DNA of 64,000 nucleotides from Monocercomonoides exilis PA203 (taxonomy: Eukaryota; Protista; Preaxostyla): the NCBI GenBank assembly GCA_001643675.2, contig LSRY02000002.1:2542001-2606000 (forward strand). The letters run 5' to 3'. Every line of letters starts with the position of its first letter. The first letter of the stretch is position 1. This document shows, in pieces, positions 11,906-24,130 of this stretch. The translations under genes and the position numbers were made by a program. Under the pieces are notes generated by a model. That model was not told the origin of the DNA. It saw only the letters and a list, made by a program, of their open reading frames with translations, and did no database searches.

Positions 11906-12408
11906 TCAGCACTGAAGATAGTGAGCTGCCATCATTAGATTTAATCCATCCTTTGGCGGAATCTTGAATAATTGATGAATGTTTCAAAAAAGAAAGAAAG
12001 AAAGAAGAAAATGGAGGAGAAGAAGAAAATTATTGCTTTAATTTAATTTTATAAGCAAACGTGAAATCTTGGAACTTCTCCAGAAACATTAGTCCATTTG
12101 AGTTTGTAGTAAAAGTATTTTATTGCGAGTTCCAGCATTTCTCCTGTAATGCCAGAAAGAGTAATTACACCTTTGCTTTCAGCAAATCCCTCGCTCTGAC
12201 ATTAATAATTCACTTTATTAAATGAAATAATTCATTATTTTAGCGTAAAAACCTGCAAAATAGTACGAATCGTTCCTGAAACTTGAGCCGCATTCTAATA
12301 AAAGGAAATTGTAAAAAGAACAGATGGAAAAAATAATAAAAGGAATCTAACTTTATCGACTATAAATTCAAATCCATCACTAGAAATAAGTGTAAGCTTA
12401 TCTTCCAT
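11906..12408 (-). CDS. ELOC: Elongin C (SKP1-like), 96 aa, 4 exons: 12408-12352, 12294-12253, 12195-12061, 11962-11906
   Basis: Hand-spliced translation MEDKLTLISSDGFEFIVDK/NAAQVSGTIRTILQ/SEGFAESKGVITLSGITGEMLELAIKYFYYKLKWTNVSGEVPRFH/IPPKDGLNLMMAAHYLQC*. It matches the Elongin C signature (LISSDGxEFIV, SGTI, YFxYK, P.F.I.P, LxxAAxYLxC end). Three phase-0 GT-AG introns. Confidence 0.92.
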
Positions 12409-12556
12409 TTTTAAGTTTGATCAAAATATTATTAATTCTTTATTGAGAATAGAGAATCTTAAAATTTTATAATAGAAAGAGTATGAAGTTTTAGAAATTG
12501 TTAAATGTTTGCTTGATTTTTTAAATTATTAATATATCTTTCAGATTAATCATTCC

Positions 12557-13689
12557 ATGTCAAATCGATCAGTATAACTTATTTATTAAAATTTTAACTT
12601 TGCTTGTTAATAACGCTGTTTTAAAAATAATTTATAACTTCATTGGTTTTCTGAAAAATGAAATTGCTGAAATTTCATTTTTTTAAAAATTTTTCTTCTC
12701 TAATTTGTTTGAAATTTCGGTAATTTGTTTTTTTCATTATTCTTTTAGGGCTCTGTCCATAAAGATGATGATTCTTATTATAATGTGAAAAAACCTCAGA
12801 ACAAATATGATGGAAGTGATTCTGATTTTGATGAAAGAGATAAAAAGAAAAGGAAAGATTATTCAAGCGAATCTAGTGATTCTTCATCCTCATCATCAGT
12901 AAGTAAGGAACGGAGAAAAAAGCATGGAAAAAGCAGTCGAAGCGCTCGTGATAGGCATCATGAGCATAAATATAGAAGGTCACGTAGTTATGATCGGAGA
13001 TCTCATCGAAGAGATGATCGTCGAAATCAACGAGATGAAAGCAGCGATTATGAAGAATATCGCTCGAGGCATAGATATCATAGCAGATCAAAAACACGAA
13101 GCAGAAGTAAAGATCGAAGACATAGGCATAGTCGAAGCTACTCGGATGATGCTAAGCGGGGTTATAGAAAAGACTATTCTCCATATTCAGATGATAAGAA
13201 ATCGAGAGAAATAACTAGAAAAGATCGCAAAAGACGTTCTCGTTCTCGTGAGCTAAACTCAGAAAATGATAACGTTCCAGACGAAAGAAAGCGAGGAAAG
13301 TTTGAAGATAGTGATGGAGGAAGCGAAAATGAAGGCGTGAATATGAAACACAGACATCAGAAAGATGATGAGGGGGTTCCACATAATGCAGAGCTAAATT
13401 CCAAAGAAGAGGAGCATAAATCAGAGCAAACGAAAGAAAAAGATCTTGATCAGGCTGAACTTGAAGATGAGATGGCTATGATGGGGTTTCCGCTTTTTGT
13501 TGATTCAACTAAAGGGAAGAAAGTCTCTGGAAATCCAACAGGGTTTGCACTTAAGCCTGCAAAAAAATATAAAGCCCATGATTTTGATCGTTTTGCAATG
13601 TATGTCATTTACATATATTTCGAACTAACAAACCATTTTTTAATTAAATGTATAATTTTTAAATCAGGGAAAAGCATCTGAAGTACTGA
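12557..13689 (+). CDS. SNRNP27: RS-rich U4/U6.U5 tri-snRNP 27K-like protein (SNRNP27/DUF1777)
   Basis: Long RS/RD-rich region followed by EMAMMGFPLFVDSTKGKKVSGN, resembling the SNRNP27 MGFxxFDSTKGKKV motif. Predicted 5-codon first exon at 12557 and a short last exon; both ends are inferred from splice consensus. Confidence 0.75.
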
Positions 13690-14377
13690 AAAGAAATAAC
13701 TTTTTCAATACAAAAAACAGCAGTGCCATTTCCAAGAAAACGGAAAATGAATTCCAACATATAGATATGAGATTGAAGATTGAAGAAATCTTGCAACAAA
13801 GTTAAATCTCATTGAAATTATAGGATAGAATCCGCAATGAAATACATTCCCACGATTCTATTTTGCAAGCGCTTTTTCAAAAAATTTTTTCTTTTTTTTT
13901 TTTTTAAGTTTTAAATGAATAATTATTATAAGATAAAAAATCTAAAAAATGATTACTTTTTCAGTCAAAATTTTGAAAAATCAATTAATCAGTAAAATGG
14001 AACTGAATGATAATGTTCATGATGGAACAATAGAGTAGTATTTCACATATTTCTTTATCATATTTTGGATAATTAATTGAAGACAGAATAATACACTAGA
14101 ATTATATCCTGTTTTTTTTTTTTTTTTTTTTTTTAAAGATTTTTATTTTCCATTGTTTTTTGTGATTTTTCTTGTGAAAAAATAATTTCAAATTGCAATC
14201 AATTTCAATGACATAAATCATTTTTCTGGTTTGGTCTGCATTCTTTTGCAAAAAATTTCAATTCATGCTGTATTTTTTTCTTCAAACTTCAACTTTTGAT
14301 TCATAATTATATTATGGTTGTTGATCTGTTTTCTCTTTGCATTTATACATCTTCAAAGTTTGGATAGAGATTACACA

Positions 14378-17300
14378 ATGTCGATTGTTCATGACATAAT
14401 TACTCCACTAACTTCTAAGAAAACATATCGGTGTTTTACGTTGAAGAATGGAATGAAAGCGCTTGTTGTGTCAAATCCAGGTGCGGATAAATCTGCAGCT
14501 GCCATAAGGGTTTCTACCGGTGCAATCCATGATCCCAATGATAGATTTGGATTGTCTCATTTTCTTGAACATATGTTATTTTTGGGAACAAAGAAATATC
14601 CCAAAGAAGGAGAATTTTCGACTTTTCTTACCAATCATGCGGGAAGTCAAAATGGATTTACTTCACTTTTTTATACAAAATTTTATTTTGTAATTGATTC
14701 CAGATTTTTTGAGGAGGCAATTGACAGGTTTGAATTAAGAATTTTTAATTTTTGTGTTATTTTTTTATTAATTTTACAAAATATCAGATTTGCCCAATTC
14801 TTTATTGAACCTTTATTCACCGAATCATGCACAGAGAGGGAAATTGAGGCTGTTAATTCTGAATATGAAATGAATTTGAACGTGATGAGTCGAAAATTAT
14901 ATCAAATGATGCGTTATCGATCAAATCCTGATCATTACTTGAATGGTTTTAGTTGTGGGAGACGAGATACGCTAAATCCACCTGGTTCCTCGGTTGAAGA
15001 AACTCGGCTTAGACTTATTAAATTGTTTGAAAAGTACTACAGTGCAAAACTGATGACTCTGTGTCTAGTAGGGAATAGTGTGTATTTTTTATTATTTGTT
15101 TAGAAAGCTGATGTGGTGTTTTGCATACTTCAAATTTAAAAATAGAACCCCTGGATGAATTACAAAAAATAGCTGAGACTTATTTTAACGAGATTCGTTC
15201 ACCAGAAGTTACTTCACTTGAAGAAGAAATTCTTGGTGCTGAATTGGCTGATCGTCTGTTGAAAGCGCAAGAGCCTTATCTGCAACCAGTTTTGCGAATT
15301 CTGAAAGATCAGTGGCCCTCTGGCGATGAGCAAGCCTCTCAAAGTAAAAGTCTTGAGGAAAAAGTCTTGGAATGGAACGAAAAATACAAAACATTTGGTT
15401 CCGTCGATCCATCAGGCATTATTGTTGTTCCAACTCGGTCTCATGTCAGCACGGAGAAAGATGCGACTGTTTATCGTTCGCCTTTACCTCCATCGCCCTT
15501 TGCTGAAGAAGGGGAATTGCCCATCAAAATTTCGCCATTTCTTCGATCAACCTTATCTGGTACCAATTCATCGTTTGTTGTTGTTCCGTCAACAGACACC
15601 ACAGCCACTCTTACCGTTGGGTTCTTCACTCCGACAGAATTTCCCATGTTTTATCCTTTCTCACGGCCTGAAATGGCTGCGACGTTACTCTTGGGACACG
15701 AGGGAGAAGGCTCTCTTGCATCTTTTTTGAAGAAAAAGGCTCTTATAACTGAACTGATCGCTGGTATTGGTGATTATTATCCAGACTTTGAACGTTTTTA
15801 CATTAAGATTATGTTGACTGAGCTGGGCGAGCAGAAGACTGATGAGATTATTGCCTACTGTTTGGAGTATATTGAAATGCTGAAGCATACGCCGGTGCCA
15901 TTTCCTGTGCAGTTATTGGCAGAGCGGAGAAATGTTTACATGAGCGACTTTAACCTTAACAGCGAAATGGCACCAGATGTGGAAGTTATGTTTGCGGTCG
16001 AAAATTTGGCAAACTTACCAACTCCTTTTGTTGTGCTGGGAGGAGATCATGTTAGTGTGTTTGATGAGGATGCATTCAGATACCACATTTCGTGGATGAA
16101 GCCAGAAAATATGGATGTGATTTTAACACTTCACAACGACCGCATTGAAGATTGGATGAAAGAAAGAAAACAAAAAGGATTGCAGAAAATTGATGAAAAA
16201 AAGAAAAATGCATCTTCAGTTTCAGGTTCAAGTAATGCATCACAAGAGAACGAAATAATTGATGGATTTTGGGGATCAGCATCCGAAGCTATGAAAGACA
16301 CTCATTCAGAACAGATTGCAAGGTGCGAAAAAGAGATGGGAGAAGCAATGAAGAATTTGATGAAAGATCCGTTTTTCGGTACACAGATAGCTTGCCATTT
16401 GGATATGGAGCCATTCTACAGCGTGATATTTTTCAAACTGCCTTTGTCTGAAGATTATTTCCAAAAGGTTGCAGAGCTTCCTTCTCTCTCTCCAGGCAAA
16501 TCAGAATCCGATTGGAAGACGTTGTTTCATTTGCCCCATGCAAACAGGTTTATCGCCACAGACTTTTCGATTATTCCGTTTCCTGATCAGAAAATGTGTG
16601 AGCCATTCGCAAAATTGCAAGAATATGGGCAGCAAGTCATAAACAGTGATGATGAAGAAAAAGATATTGCTAAAGAACGATTTGTGAAAAAGACAGAGCT
16701 TTTTGAAAGAATGCTTCAGGATAAAGAAAGTGGATTGACAAGCAAGAGGTTTGGACCTGTCAAAATATATCCTCCGTATATTGTTTTGGATGAAGTGGAA
16801 CTTAATCAAAAGATTGACCCTGAGCATTCAAACAGTGAAAGTTCAGCTTCTTCTTCTTCTTCGCCTTCCTCTTCCTCTTCTTCTGCCACTCGCCTTGCTC
16901 CATTTTATCCCTTTTTCATCCACAAAGAGCCTGGACTTCAAGTGCTGTACAAGCCCACACCTCGATTCAGAGAACCCCAAGTTCATGTGCGCTTTGACTT
17001 GACCATTTCCAGCGAGCTGATTTTTAACCCTGATAAGCGTTCATATCGCGCTCTGTTTGCGGATGTGGTCATGGACAGCCTGCAGGAGATATCGTACGAG
17101 ATGCAGGATGCCTGCATGACCATCAAAGTGGAAGCATCAAATATTGGATTGGCAGTTCTTTTGAGCGGGTTCTCAGATAAGATGGAGAATGCTATTGATA
17201 CTGTTGCTAAGGAGATATTCTGTCTCACTCCTTCACTTGCACGATATGAATTGCAGAAACAAAAACTCATTACTCTTCTTGTTGACTCGTTGAAAACTAT

Positions 17301-18035
17301 GCCTGCGAGCATGCTATATGGCGACATTGCGCTAATTTTGCGCCAACATGCAAAGTCAACAGAACAAACCATCGAAGATTTGAAGAATGAATACAAGTAT
17401 GATGACTTTTGTGTGTGGATCAACGATTTTAGACAGGAGATGAACATTTTCTGCACAGTTGTGGGCAATGCCACTTCCGAAAGAGCAATTCAATTTGCAG
17501 TCAAGTTTTGTCAGCATGCATCACCAAAAGAAGCAAATCCAGCCCAACTTCAATGTTCAAAGAATGAAGCTTTGAGTGAAAGCTCTGCCACTGGCATTCA
17601 AGGCGTTCCGAAGATTTGGCTTAGGCCCCTTTCTCCATCTCATTTTCCATTTCTGAGAAATATCATTGTACCACCTACAAACTACTTTGTTTACGACCAA
17701 CTTGTGAAACTTCCCACTGAAAACAACGGGGCCGTGATGCTGACGCTTTTTGCACCGGGACGCTTTGATATTCAAGAGAATGCTACTTTGACATTATTGA
17801 CGAATTACCTTCAGCCAGAAATGTATGAAAGGCTCAGGACGAAGGAGCAGCTGTGCTACATTTTGTGGACAACGAAAGCAAATTGTCGAGGAGTTGCAAT
17901 GATGTTTGTCATAATGCAAGGAAACAGATACAATCCGCTGCACTTTCACTCGAGGATAGACGCCCACGTAAATGATCTTGTGGTTTGAAAGGCCTCCATT
18001 ATGCATTCGTTTCTGCTATCTTTTCGCCTTTCTAA

Positions 18036-18099
<64 letters not shown>

Positions 18100-18900
18100 C
18101 AATTGAATGCATATTTTCTTTGTTTATTATAATCCTAGTTGAAACTTTCCGATATGAGCGATGAAGATTACGAGAAATTGAAGCAATCTGTTTTATCAAA
18201 TTTATCGTCCCCTCCAAAAACAATGATAAGCGAAGCATCGAACATTTGGACTCATTTAATAGAGGGGGATTTTGATTATGCATATAAAGAAAAGATGATT
18301 TATGTTATTCAGAATATTACAAAGGAAGAGTTCTGCAACAAAGCATCGATTATGTGGTGTGGGAAGCCTTTGCATCTTCAAAAAAAGAAAGAGGAGCACA
18401 AAAAAGATGACGCATCAGATAAAACAGAAGAAGAAAAGAAAGAAGAAACAGACTGCTGTTTGGAAGACAGCAACACTTTTGATGACCTTCCAGATGAAAA
18501 TGGCTTGCTGACGCAAAAAATGGGGCGCAGATTGTATTGCCGTATGTTTCCACACAATTTCGCAGATCTGATGAATAAAGAGCCGATGGAAGTTTCACCA
18601 ACAAGCGAGAATCCCTCGTCGTCGCAGGATGCTTCAAGAAGGGATACTCCAGAAGCAGATGATCAGTCTGGGGATGCAAAACAAAAATATGAAGAAAAAG
18701 AAGAAAAAGAAGAGTCGAATGAAATAAAAGGAACAAATGAGCAAACAGCAGAAGGAGAAAGCAAAGAGGACAAAGTACCTGAACAATCACCTGAAAGCCG
18801 CCCAGTGTTTCCAAAGCCTTTGCTTCCGTATTGTTTTATTAAAAATCTTGCAGAATTTAAGCAATCTGTTCCTCTGACAGCGCCTTATGGATTTTATTGA
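14378..18900 (+). CDS. M16A zinc metallopeptidase (insulinase/IDE-like), 4 exons
   Basis: GLSHFLEHMLFLGTKKYP (inverted HXXEH zinc motif), RFAQFFIEPLF, REIEAVNSE, LLGHEGEGSL, YERLRTKEQLCY. Introns 14728-14787, 15078-15145 and 17983-18138 restore the frame. Confidence 0.92.
18039..18100. repeat. (TC)n plus poly-T tract inside the third intron of the M16 gene
   Basis: Directly visible. Confidence 0.9.
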
Positions 18901-19234
18901 TTTTTTTATTTATGAATTGCATTCTTCCAGCCTGGATAGAATTCGAATAACATCTCATAGATTTGGCCTGTGATGATGTTAATTAAGATTCTATTCACTT
19001 GATTTTTATTTTTTGTTGTTTATTATAAATAGACTAGTTTTTTGCATAGACTATGCATCGCATTTAATAAACGAAGAAATAAATTATAATAACGACACCT
19101 TAAAGTAGTTTGTTTTAAGAAAAAAATAATATTTGTTTCTGAAGCAATTACATGTTATTTGGCATCTGAATCCTATTCTCAAGCATTCTTGAAATTTTAA
19201 TGAGGTCAAATTTGTCTTTTCGCATCTAAAAATG

Positions 19235-20525
19235 TCATGGTGCATGAATGATGTCAAGTATTTGTTTAAATTTTGATAAACAAAAATTTTTAAATTCCCA
19301 AAGAAAGTCAAATCCTCCTGCTTCCTCAATTTTCTCTTCCACAATTTTCAACAAGTGTCTCTGTTCAGCAGTTATGTTGTCATCAACGTATGTTCTCGAA
19401 AACTTTTGCAATACCTTTAACAGAATCTCAGAAATTGATGTGGTGTCTGTAGAAGTGAATGCCTTTATACTCAAAAATTCAAATAAATAATCTAAATAAT
19501 CGCTGTCCACCAACTGCTTAATGCATTTTCCTGATCCATCACTTGCAATTTCAATAAATAATCCGTATAATTCGTCTTTAATTTCATTTTTTGAATAAAT
19601 GTCTCTTTTATTGCGTTCAGTTAAAAATTTCAAGAACTCTAATCCATCATCAACTTCAAAGGAATTGGGCCAAGAAAGCGCCATCGTCTTTACAAGCTTC
19701 ATCCATCTTTTTATAACCTCTTGTTGCTTTCTCTTCTCCAAATTACCTTCAGTTTCGTTGTCGGTCAATGTATACAGCTTCATCAATTCTTTTCTGGCTG
19801 CAGACAAGAAATGATAATCTTTAATAACAGAAAGATAATCAAAAAATGGATAAGATATTGTAATGATAGCAAGTTCCCAAATAATTTGAAGTGATTCTGG
19901 TGAAAGCATGTTGCAGTTTTCATTCATTGTGATCATATTCAAAAAATCATTATGATAAGATGAATAAGAAATTAGTTTGTTAAAATCTGTGAATTTTTAA
20001 AAAATTAAAAGGAAAGGAAATCTTCTTAAAAAATGTCATACCTTGCAATCTAATTTTTGTGAGTGAGCATGCTGCAATTTCCAATTCCTCTCCAGAACCC
20101 TTTTCATTCATCAGTTCTTTGATTGTTTTTATGACATATGGTACGCATATAGACAGTGCTTTGTCAGCATTGATTTCATGTTTATAAATAAACATGAGAT
20201 ATATTTCACATGAAGAAAGCAGCTTTTTCTGTGCTTCATCTGTTATTATGTTGGCGTACGAAGAAATTATTTGCTTTATTCTTTTGGAGAGTTCAGAAGT
20301 GGTTAACATATCTCCTGTATCAATGTCAAGCTGCCAACAACAATATCCAAGTGTTCTTATTACTTCAAATATCACAATTTCATCAATTTTCCTCATGTTT
20401 ATCATCTTTTCATACTTTTTGTATGGCATTTTAAGAGCGCACTTTTGGAGGTGTTGATCATCAATTTCTCTAAGCTTTTTACATAGGTGTTTAATGTTAT
20501 CGACTTTATTCGATTTCAGCAACAT
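19235..20525 (-). CDS. Hypothetical helical-repeat protein, divergent member of the same family as the gene at 63180; 5' end uncertain
   Basis: ORFs 20525-19980 and 19942-19235 are joined by a short GTATGA..CAG intron (~20041-19988). ICVPYVIK...ELEIAACSLTKI aligns by eye with ICVPCLLK...DVEMALLALCCI of the 63 kb gene. Confidence 0.65.
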
Positions 20526-20898
20526 TTTAAGCTCACAGTCATCTTTTTTATCTTAATCATAAAAACATCACAATTTAATATGTTAAAGAAAAATGTAGAA
20601 TAAAAGAACCGAGTTTTTGCTTTGTTAATTCAATATCATTGGATAGATTTTTTATATGATGCTTTTTCACATCTGATGAATAAGAAGAACCCATAAGTTT
20701 TGTGATATGAAACAGATTATGTTTCATGAAACAATTTGAATGATCAAGAATAAAAACAGATTTGTTGTTACGAAATACTATACATAATGAAAAAATACAT
20801 ATTCTTTGAAAACCTTCAAAATGATAGAACTTTCATTCATTTTGTTTTTGATAAATATAAAATGATGATATGAAAAATTAGCAATTATTAACTATTTC

Positions 20899-21745
20899 TT
20901 ACTGATATAATTCTTTCATCGTTTTCCATTCAGCAATGAGCTCGTCCAATTTCTTAACAACTGGCTTCTCTTTCTCTGGAGCTCCTCTTGTTCTCACGGC
21001 AACTGTGCCTTCTTCCATTTCTTTGTTTCCAACCACCAGAATGTAGTTGAATTGCTGCATTTGTGCGTTTCTTACTTTTGCACCCAATTTGTCAGTGGAT
21101 GTGTCCTTTTCGACTGTAAATCCATGAATGCGTCTGAGGGTGTCATAGACTTTATCAGCATACTCCTCCTGTTGTGGTCCAATGTTGATCACAATAGCCT
21201 GGCGTGGAGACAACCAGAATGGCCACTTCTTGTTGAAATGCTCTGTGATGATTGCAATGAATCGCTCAAATGAACCCAAAATGGCTCTGTGGATCATCAC
21301 TGGGCGGCCGTAGAAGTTTTCGTCGTATGGCTGCTCCACAAAGTTGTCGCCTTGTTCAGATGGACCGCTTGGAGTGGCTGATGATGCTGATGCTGATGGT
21401 GTTGTTGAAGACGAGGCTGGCTCTTCGTGCGGAGCAGAAGATTCTATTGGAGCTTTGCTTGCTTCTTTGCCTTCTTCTTTCTTCTCCTCCTTCGATTCTG
21501 GTGAAGACGAAGGGGCTGCTGCTGCTTTCTTTTGATAGAGCAAATTGAATCTGCGGGGCAGTTGGAAATCCAACTGCACAGTTGCACATTGGATCTTGCG
21601 GGCGAGCGAGTCGTGCAAATACACATCAATCTTTGGACCATAAAACGCACCACCTCCAACATCAACTTCAAATGGAACACCACTTTCTTTCAAAATGCGC
21701 TCCAATTCCTGTTTTTGGTGGGGGAAAAAAAAAAGAGTACAATAA

Positions 21746-21780
<35 letters not shown>

Positions 21781-23254
21781 AATTCAAACAGCTTCAGCTT
21801 GGTTCCACTGTTCAATGTCTCCAATGTATTTCTCAGGACGAGTTGAGAGGCAAAGGGAATGCTTCAGTCCAAAGATGGTGTATGTCTCTGCCATCATACG
21901 CAAGCAGCCTTTCAATTCATCTCCAACCTATTATATCCATGGCGTTATCAATAAGAAGCAAAAAAATCAAATAAACGATAAGGATGCAATGACAAAGAAA
22001 GCATAAATATTTTGTATAGATATAAAAGAAAAAACAAGCATACGTCTTCTGGTTTGCAGAAAATGTGAGCATCATCCTGTGTGAATCTCCTCACACGAGT
22101 AAGTCCATGGAGGGTTCCGCTCAGTTCATTTCTGTGGCAGCATCCAAATTCTGCCATTCGCATTGGCAGATCTCTGTAGGATCTTGTAGCGTGCTTGTAA
22201 ATAAGGCAGTGGCCTGGGCAATTCATGGGTTTAATTGCAAGTGTGCGCTTCTCGCTTTCCAGCACAAAGATGTTTTCCTTGTACTTCGACCAATGACCGG
22301 AGGTCTCCCACATCATTTTGTCGAACATTTGAGGAGTCATAACTTCGATGTATCTGAATTCTCTCTGTTTCCTTCTCATGAGCTCTTGAAGAGTTGTGTA
22401 TATGTGTGTGCCGTTGGGAAGGAAAAATCCAGATCCTGGTGAAAGTTCGTGGAAGAAATATAATTCTTGTTCCTATAAATGATTATGGATGATTTTTGGT
22501 GTTAAGCATTTCACAGATTTAAATGAATAGTACAACACACTCTTCCAATTTTTGTATGTTCCCTATCTGCAGCCGTCTGAAGTTTCTTCCAATCCTCAAA
22601 CTGATCGTTTGTTTCAAAGCAGACACCATAGACACGCTGAACTTGTTCTTCTTCTTTTTCAAGAGTTGGGAAAGTTGCGCTTGTAACCTTCACAAGTTTG
22701 AAGAACTGGCATTTCCCTGTATTTTCAACATGGGGTCCACGGCACAGATCCTCAAACTTACCGCATTTGTAAGTCGTTCCATTTTCGCTTTTTTCTTTGA
22801 TTCCATTAAGAAGATATTGCTTAAATGGATTTCTTTTAAAAATGTCTTTCAATTTGTCGATAGAATATTCCTTTCTTTCAAATGGATACGCTTTTTCAAC
22901 AATTTCTTGCATTTTTGTTTCGAGTTGTGCCAATTGCTCATTTCCGATTGTTACTGGTCTGGAGAGAAAGAAAACAAAATTTGATCATTATGAAAGTTTC
23001 AAATTATTCAAACCTGTTCTTTTTATCAAGTATTTCTCCTTCATAAAAGAACTGGTTGCCCTTTAAAGCGGGTCCTAAAGGTAGAGTTCATAAATAATAA
23101 AATACTCAGAAGAAACAATACCATATGCCAAATGAGTGTTTGGGAAGAGGTCGCAAATTGCATAACCCAAAACATGAGCGCAGCTATGACACAAGCGCAT
23201 GCTTGAATCTTCTCCATCACATTCAGTTTCAAAAGACTCCTGAGGTTCCGCCAT
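20899..23254 (-). CDS. TARS: Threonyl-tRNA synthetase (eukaryotic cytosolic type), 6 exons
   Basis: HSCAHVLG and DLCRGPHV (editing domain), WETSGHW, KPMNCPGHC, RNELSGTLHGLTRVRRFTQDDAHIFC, GAFYGPKID, QCATVQLDFQLP, PVMIHRAILGSFERF, WPFWLSPRQ and the anticodon-binding domain. Confidence 0.97.
21746..21782. repeat. (AAAT)n microsatellite in a ThrRS intron
   Basis: Directly visible. Confidence 0.85.
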
Positions 23255-23863
23255 TCGATAACTTTGCTTTTTGATCTCTCCCATCACGTGCATTTTTCGA
23301 TGAAAAAATCTTCTTTTGATCACTGTTTAAGGTTCATGACTGAGTTGTATTTGTTTTGTGCATTTTCTACATTTAATTCAAAAAACTTCAAACTTCAAAA
23401 TTTAAAGTTGATTTTAGAAAAAAACATCGAAATAATAAAAAAATTAAAAAAAAGAAAAAATGAGAATAAAATAATAAGGGGAAATATATTTCTCTTCAGG
23501 CATTTTCATTGAAATTTTTTGCACTTTTCATTGACTTTTTGAGAACAAAAAACACAACAAAAATATATCCATTTTTTGACATTCGTGAAATGTTTCAATT
23601 CATTATGTTTTAATTGACCTATTTTCGTTTGTTTTAATCATTTAGCATAAGCTTTAGCCGAAGTCAAAAAGTTGAACAAAATTTCAATAAATGCAGATCT
23701 TTTTCAAAAAGATTGAGTCATTGCGAATTGATTCTCTTCTAGGTTAACGATCATTGTTTTTTGACAGTTTTTTATTTTCATATTTTTTAAAAGTTCTGCA
23801 AAAAATATATCATTCCAAGAATATTTGAATCATTGTTTTTTCATTTTAACTGAAAAAGACAAA

Positions 23864-24130
23864 ATATGGGTTATTATTTTTGAGATCTTATTTTTTTCTG
23901 TCTAAAATTTCGGTTGAAAAATTTCTCTTGAATATCAACAAAAGAATACTGAAAAGTGAAAAGACTTATAAAAAAAACATCGACATCTTTATTATACCTC
24001 AAACAATTGTATGTTAAACAGTTGTGACAAATACACAAATTGAAGGCATTATCTCTTCCAAAAGACAAATAACGTTTGAAAAATCGACACCTCGAAAAAA
24101 GTTATGATTTCAAAAGAAATCACCCATATA
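23864..24130. mobile_element. ~265 bp MITE-like non-autonomous element, copy A
   Basis: Imperfect terminal inverted repeats ATATGGGTTATTATTTTTGAGATCTTATTTTTTTTC versus GAAAAAAGTTATGATTTCAAAAGAAATCACCCATAT (25/32 matches in the core). Possible TA duplication. Similar-sized related copies at 48.7-49.4 kb. Confidence 0.55.

Noticed and set aside
5269-17988. Stop-codon readthrough or selenocysteine at ORF-ending TGAs (e.g. 5269, 8223, 17986)
   Set aside because: Each TGA lies inside a GT(T/G)TGA intron donor, and splicing restores the frame.
14378-18900. M16 peptidase as mitochondrial processing peptidase or PreP
   Set aside because: Size and motifs (HFLEHMLFLGTKKYP, GHEGEGSL, LRTKEQL) are M16A/IDE type, not M16B or M16C.
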